Part shown: one piece after another, positions 59,208 through 64,000 of the stretch | Position numbering within the stretch: the stretch's first letter is position 1 | How the letters are laid out: the number at the start of each line of letters is the position of its first letter | NCBI GenBank assembly: GCA_000004695.1 | Contig: CM000151.3 | Span: 1,536,001 to 1,600,000, forward strand | Direction: 5' to 3' | DNA: 64,000 nt | Source of the DNA: Dictyostelium discoideum | Lineage: Eukaryota | Notes under the pieces: generated by a model | Databases searched by the model: none | Seen by the model: only the letters and a program-made list of their open reading frames with translations | What the model was told of the DNA's origin: nothing | Program-made: the position numbers and the translations under genes

Positions 59208-59657
59208 TTTTTTTTTTTTTTTTTTTTTTCTTTTTAAATAATAAAATATATTTGAATGGCTTTCTTTTAATTATTATTTACAAAAAAAGAAAAAAAAAAG
59301 AAAAGAAAAGAAACTTTTTTTTTCTTTTTATACAAAAAAGAAATTACATAACCAGATTAAAAAAAAAAAAAAATAATAAAAATAAAAAAATTTTATTTCC
59401 ATTTGTGTTAATAATAATTATTTATGATTTTTTAATTTTAAATTTCTGAATTTGATCATATCTATAGTTAACCCCTTCTGACCTTTTTTAGATTTTCTTT
59501 TATTTTTTTTTATTTATTTTTTATTTCATTTTAATTATTATTATTATTATTATTATAATTTTTTTTTTTGATCTTTGTTTTTATTGAAATTCCAAATGTA
59601 AAAAATAAAATAAAATGAAATTGATTGTGTATGAGAATAAATGAAATAATTTAATTT

Positions 59658-59693
<36 letters not shown>

Positions 59694-59723
59694 CTCGAAA
59701 CTTAATTTTTTTTTTGTTTTTTT

Positions 59724-59761
<38 letters not shown>

Positions 59762-59784
59762 AACAATAACCTAAAGATAATAAA

Positions 59785-59889
59785 ATGTCAGATAAAAGAG
59801 ATGATGAACATCAAATATTTACCCCAATCGCAAGAGGTATAATTGAAACCATTGATAATAGTAAAGAATTAAAAAAAGTAAGTTGGATG

Positions 59890-59930
<41 letters not shown>

Positions 59931-60308
59931 ACAAATGATTAACAATAATAATAATAAAAAAAAAAAAAAAAATACAAATATTTAATATTTTAGGAAACAT
60001 GTATTTTAGTAGATAAATCAATTAAAAACGTATCAAAGTTATTAGTAAATGAATATGAAAGTCCAATTTATAGAAATTCATTTGATGATTTTAAAACCTA
60101 TATTAACAAATCCAATCCATACCTCGTTGTCGCAGGTTCAACTTTAATTCCATATTTAATTACCAAACCAAAATTTTTAAAATTAAGACCAATCTCTTTT
60201 GGTTTAGTTGGTCTTTCAACAAGTTTATATTATTGTTTCCCAAATGAAGTTTCAATGGCTGCTAAAAAATCTGTAGACTATTATAACGAATTCAAAGAAA
60301 ATTTTTAA
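59785..60308 (+). CDS. Small hypothetical protein (135 aa) with one predicted TM segment; join(59785..59877,59994..60308)
   Basis: MSDKRDDEHQIFTPIARGIIETIDNSKELKK | ETCILVDKSIKNVSKLLVNEYESPIYRNSFDDFKTYINKSNPYLVVAGSTLIPYLITKPKFLKLRPISFGLVGLSTSLYYCFPNEVSMAAKKSVDYYNEFKENF. Donor GTAAGT; the intron is a poly-A tract; acceptor ttttag; phase 0. Confidence 0.55.
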
Positions 60309-60578
60309 TTTTTAATTTTATATAAAAATAATAATAATAATTTGGAATTCATCATCACCACCACCACATATACAAATATTAATTAATATTTGTGTGGGTG
60401 ATGATTGAAAAAAGAAAAAAAAAAAAAAAAAAAAAAAAAGAATCAAATAAAAAAAAATAAAAAACAATGTAATAAATATTTATAACCAAATTACCATATT
60501 TATCTTTATTTTATTTTATTTATTTTATTTTAATTTTTTTAATTTAATAAGAATTGTGAATGAAATTAAAATATTTTC

Positions 60579-61666
60579 TCAGTCAGTGAAACCTTTCACA
60601 ACAACTTTACCCATATTTTTATTTGCTTCCAAATATTCATGAGCCTCTTTTATTTCAGAAACATTGAAAACTTTATCAACAATTGGTTTTAATTCACCAG
60701 ATTCAAATAGGGTTAAATATCTCTTTGAAAATTGAGCAACTAAATCAGCTTTATAATCATTATCACGATTTCTTAATGTTGATCCTTTAATTGTTAATCT
60801 TTTACCTAAAATTGGTGTAATATCAGCTGCTGTATCTTTAATATGTGATCCTGATAAAAATCCCTAAAAAAATTAAAAAATATTAGTAAGTGATTTATTG
60901 ATTAATTAGTTAATTGGTTGATTAAAAGTAAGTAACTACCTACTTGAATAATCATAACGCCATCCATTGAAAGTGATTTTAAATTTTGGTTCCAATATTT
61001 AGCACCAACATAATCAAATACATTGTTTACACCTTTTTTGGAGGTGACATCATTGATTACGTCTAAAAAGTTTTCATTGGTTTTATAATTGACCGAATGG
61101 GTTGCACCTAATTTTTCAATAAACTTTGCTTTTTCATCAGAACCAACAGTGCCAATGATTTTTGTTGCACCATCAACTTTACAAAGTTGGATCAATGCTG
61201 TACCAACACCACTTGCAGCAGCATGGATTAAAACGCTATTACCCGATTTGAAATTTGCTAATGGGTGTAATGCTTGGAATGCAGTTAACCAGGCTTCTGG
61301 AATCGCCGATGCCGATTCAAAAGTTAAGTGAGATGGCATGTGGAATGCTTGATTCGATGCGATTGTGCAGAACTCGCCATATGCTCCACCACCGACGAGC
61401 CCAAATACTTTATCACCGATTTTGAATCTTTTATCCTGTTTATCAGCCTCCACAACCACGCCTGACATTTCCAATCCTAAAATATCACTATCACCTGGTG
61501 GTGGTGGGTATCTACCCATTCTTTGTAAAATATCTGCTCTATTTAATGCAAAACTTTTAACATGAACTAAAATTTCATTATTCTTTGGTGTTGGTTTTGG
61601 TGCTGTTCCAATAATTAAATTTTCAATACCTCCAAATTGTTTAACTAAAATTGATCTCATTGACAT
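60579..61666 (-). CDS. Zinc-binding alcohol dehydrogenase/quinone oxidoreductase (MDR superfamily); complement(join(60579..60863,60944..61666))
   Basis: MSMRSILVKQFGGIENLIIGTAPKPTPKNNEILVHVKSFALNRADILQRMGRYPPPPG...; NAD(P)-binding AASGVGTALIQLCK. Exon 1 ends ...GVMIIQ (donor GTAGGT), acceptor tttttttag, and exon 2 continues GFLSGSHIKDTAADITPILGKRLTIKGSTLRNRDNDYKADLVAQFSKRYLTLFESGELKPIVDKVFNVSEIKEAHEYLEANKNMGKVVVKGFTD*. Confidence 0.8.
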
Positions 61667-61911
61667 TTTCTTTTTTTTTTTTTTATTATTATTAAATTAT
61701 TATTAAATTATTATTAATGTGTTTTGTTTTTTTTTTTTTTTTTTTATATGAAAAGAAAAAATTAAAAAAAAATAATGGAAAAATAAATAAAAAAAAAAAA
61801 AAACAATAAACACCACCACAATGATGTTACATTTTTTTTTTTTATTTTTTTTATTTTTTTTTTATTTTTTTTTATTTTTTTATTTTTTTTTTTAATTTTT
61901 GTTTTTTAAAT

Positions 61912-61990
61912 AAAAAAAAAAAAAAAAAGCTTCTGAAGGCATTTCTATTTTTAAACAAAAATTAAAAAAGCCTTCAGAAGCTTTTTTTTT
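61912..61990. repeat. Perfect long palindrome (>=20-bp arms) in the intergenic region between the deaminase 3' end and the MDR gene 5' end
   Basis: aaaaaaaagcttctgaaggc (61921-61940) ... 29-nt A/T loop ... gccttcagaagctttttttt (61970-61989). The arms are exact reverse complements and extend into the flanking A/T runs. Confidence 0.9.
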
Positions 61991-62091
61991 TATTGATTAT
62001 GAAATCAAAAAGCAAAAAAAAAAAAAAAAAAAAGTTAAATAATAATTATCACATTGATTTTGATTGATGCTCTAAAACTAAAATTAAATCC

Positions 62092-62122
<31 letters not shown>

Positions 62123-62329
62123 AAAAATAAAAATAAAAATAAAAATAGATATTTTCACCCTGGGCTCATATTTATTTTTTATTTGTTATTTTAATTTTTT
62201 ATTTTTTTTTTTTTTGAACCTAAAACACCATCTTTATTTTTATTTTTTTTTTTTTATATTTTTTTTTTTTTTATATACATAATGAAATAAATAAATAAAT
62301 AAATTTACAACGAAATTTTAATTTTGTGA

Positions 62330-63367
62330 TTAAAAATCAGAACTATCTGAAAAAATTCCATTTACTGGGCAATCTCTAGTCCATCCAGCTTGACAAAATG
62401 GTGTGGTTGAAAAAACGCTACCAGTACCACATACAGATGGAATTAATAAATCAGTTTGTGATTCTAAAACTCCACCTATTAAAACTGCATTATGATTAAT
62501 ACCATAACCTAATCTGAAAATTCTATCAGCATCCATTGGTAATTGAGTGAAACAACGCTCACAATACATATTTGAAATAAATGATCCAAAAATAACTTTT
62601 TCAAATTTAGTCCATAATAAAGCTGCTGAACACCTAAAAAAATAAAAAATATATTAATAACACTATAATTTAAAATTAAAATTAGTTATAATTATCATTG
62701 TTGAATAACTTACATTGGACATGGTTCACCTGTTGTGTACATGTAATAATCTTCCCATGTTTCTTGTTGGTATAATTGAGTACAATTAAGAATTGCTCTG
62801 ATTTCACCATGGAGGCTATAATAAAATAAAAAAATGAATTAATACAATTGATTTTTTTTTTTTTTTTTTTAAAAAATATATTTACATTCTTGAACCTTCT
62901 CCAGTATTAGCAGCTGTACACATTAAAGTTCCATTTTTATGTACAATTGCTGCACCAAATTTAGAATTATGTTCAATAGCTTTATCAAGTGCACTATTAA
63001 ATTTTTTTTTTTTTTTTTTTTTTTAAAGATATAAGTATGTTTTTTTTACAAAGAAAAAATATAATAATTTAACATACATTCTCATATATTTTTCATGGAA
63101 TTGCTTTTCAATTGATGATAAATCATTAGCATAAATAATACCATTCTAAAAATAATTTTTAAATTAACAATTATTAGTTATTTTTTTTTTTAAAACTTTT
63201 TTTTATTATTTTTTTACACATACATAAGCATTTTCAGGATCTACAGGTGGGTTATCGTAATATGGGGATTCTGGGCATTCTTCAACTTCACTACTTGTAC
63301 TTTGACTAATAGTTTCAAAAGTAAACAAAGTAATTATTAAAATAATAACAATAAATATCTTATTCAT
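62330..63367 (-). CDS. CMP/dCMP-type (CDA-fold) zinc-dependent deaminase with an N-terminal signal peptide; 5 exons: complement(join(62330..62633,62714..62815,62886..62993,63078..63145,63224..63367))
   Basis: Exon 1 MNKIFIVIILIITLFTFETISQSTSSEVEECPESPYYDNPPVDPENAY (hydrophobic signal-like N-terminus). Exon 4 carries the zinc-ligand/catalytic motif LHGEIRAILNC (HxE) and exon 4/5 the PCPMCSAA (PCxxC) motif. All four donors (GTATGT, GTATGT, GTAAAT, GTAAGT) and AG acceptors were read directly, and phases (0,2,2,2) reconstruct one continuous ORF to TAA at 62330. Confidence 0.7.
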
Positions 63368-64000
63368 TTTTTTTTTTAATTATTTATTTAATTTTATTTT
63401 ATTTTATTTTATATTGATTTGATTAACTATTATAATATTAAATTTATTTATTTTTATTATATATGTATATCTTAATTATTAGATTTTGTTTGATGGTAAT
63501 TAATGAAATTTTATAAAAAAAAAAATACTATTTATATTATTTTTTTAATAATTTAAAATTTTTTTAAAAAAAAAAAAAAACGATAAAATTATTTAAAATA
63601 AAACTATTTTATAATAATCTATTATTATTTTTTTAAATGGGCTAATTTAAGGTTTTGTTTGAGCATTACAATGATATCATTATAGCTTCTTTTATTTGAT
63701 TGGTTGTTTTAGGTATATCGTTTAATTTAAACCTTAAATCGCATTTTGTTTTAAAGACTACGTGGTTTTTTGATCCTATTTATGGCGGTTTTTATTTTAG
63801 CGTTGCATGTTCCAATTAAAAAAACTTTGAAAATCAAAATGTAAAAAATTAAAAAAAAATAAAATTAAAAATAACCAATCAAAATTTCAAAGGGTTTTTT
63901 TTTTAGCGTTTTTTATTTTTAAATTTGATTTTATAATAATCTCTCCAAATTATGATAAAAACGAAAAAAAAAAAAAATAAAAAAAAAAACTTTTTGAAAA

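Overview
This window is nuclear DNA of a dictyostelid social amoeba, almost certainly Dictyostelium discoideum. The evidence is the extreme AT-richness, long poly(A)/poly(T) intergenic tracts, (AAT)n/(CAA)n coding microsatellites giving poly-Asn/poly-Gln, short AT-rich introns with GTAAGT...AG boundaries, and family content (iterative type I PKS, FNIP-repeat proteins, Cap34). There are no prokaryotic features, so CRISPR, operons and Rho-independent terminators do not apply.

Genes, in order along the window:
- 3' ~8.5 kb of a KS-AT-DH-cMT-ER-KR-ACP-R polyketide synthase. It carries one 1-bp frameshift.
- A tandem paralogue of that PKS, internally rearranged, so a pseudogene or assembly problem.
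- A small orphan ORF.
- An intact FNIP-repeat gene next to a decayed tandem paralogue.
- A 2-exon 7-TM membrane protein.
- The 4-exon F-actin capping protein alpha subunit (acpB/Cap34).
- A ~1360-aa, 7-exon secreted cbEGF + IPT/TIG single-pass membrane protein.
- A Cys-less BCP/PrxQ-like thioredoxin-fold protein.
- A ~2060-aa PX-PH-AGC kinase.
- Two paralogous proline-rich genes sitting in an old ~2.7-kb tandem segmental duplication that also copied the 3' end of the kinase.
- A WRNIP1/Mgs1 AAA+ ATPase.
- A 2-exon coiled-coil protein.
- A 1212-aa orphan.
- A bacterial-type YghA/YhdF SDR.
- A small 2-exon membrane protein.
- An MDR quinone oxidoreductase.
- A 5-exon signal-peptide-bearing CDA-fold deaminase.

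The most unusual points are the PKS copy-2 breakpoint (eight perfect 17-bp tandem units, an inverted DH fragment and a ~1.5-kb deletion), a possibly secreted deaminase, a catalytically dead peroxiredoxin-like protein, foldback and tandem repeats in a divergent promoter, and perfect long palindromes in intergenic DNA.
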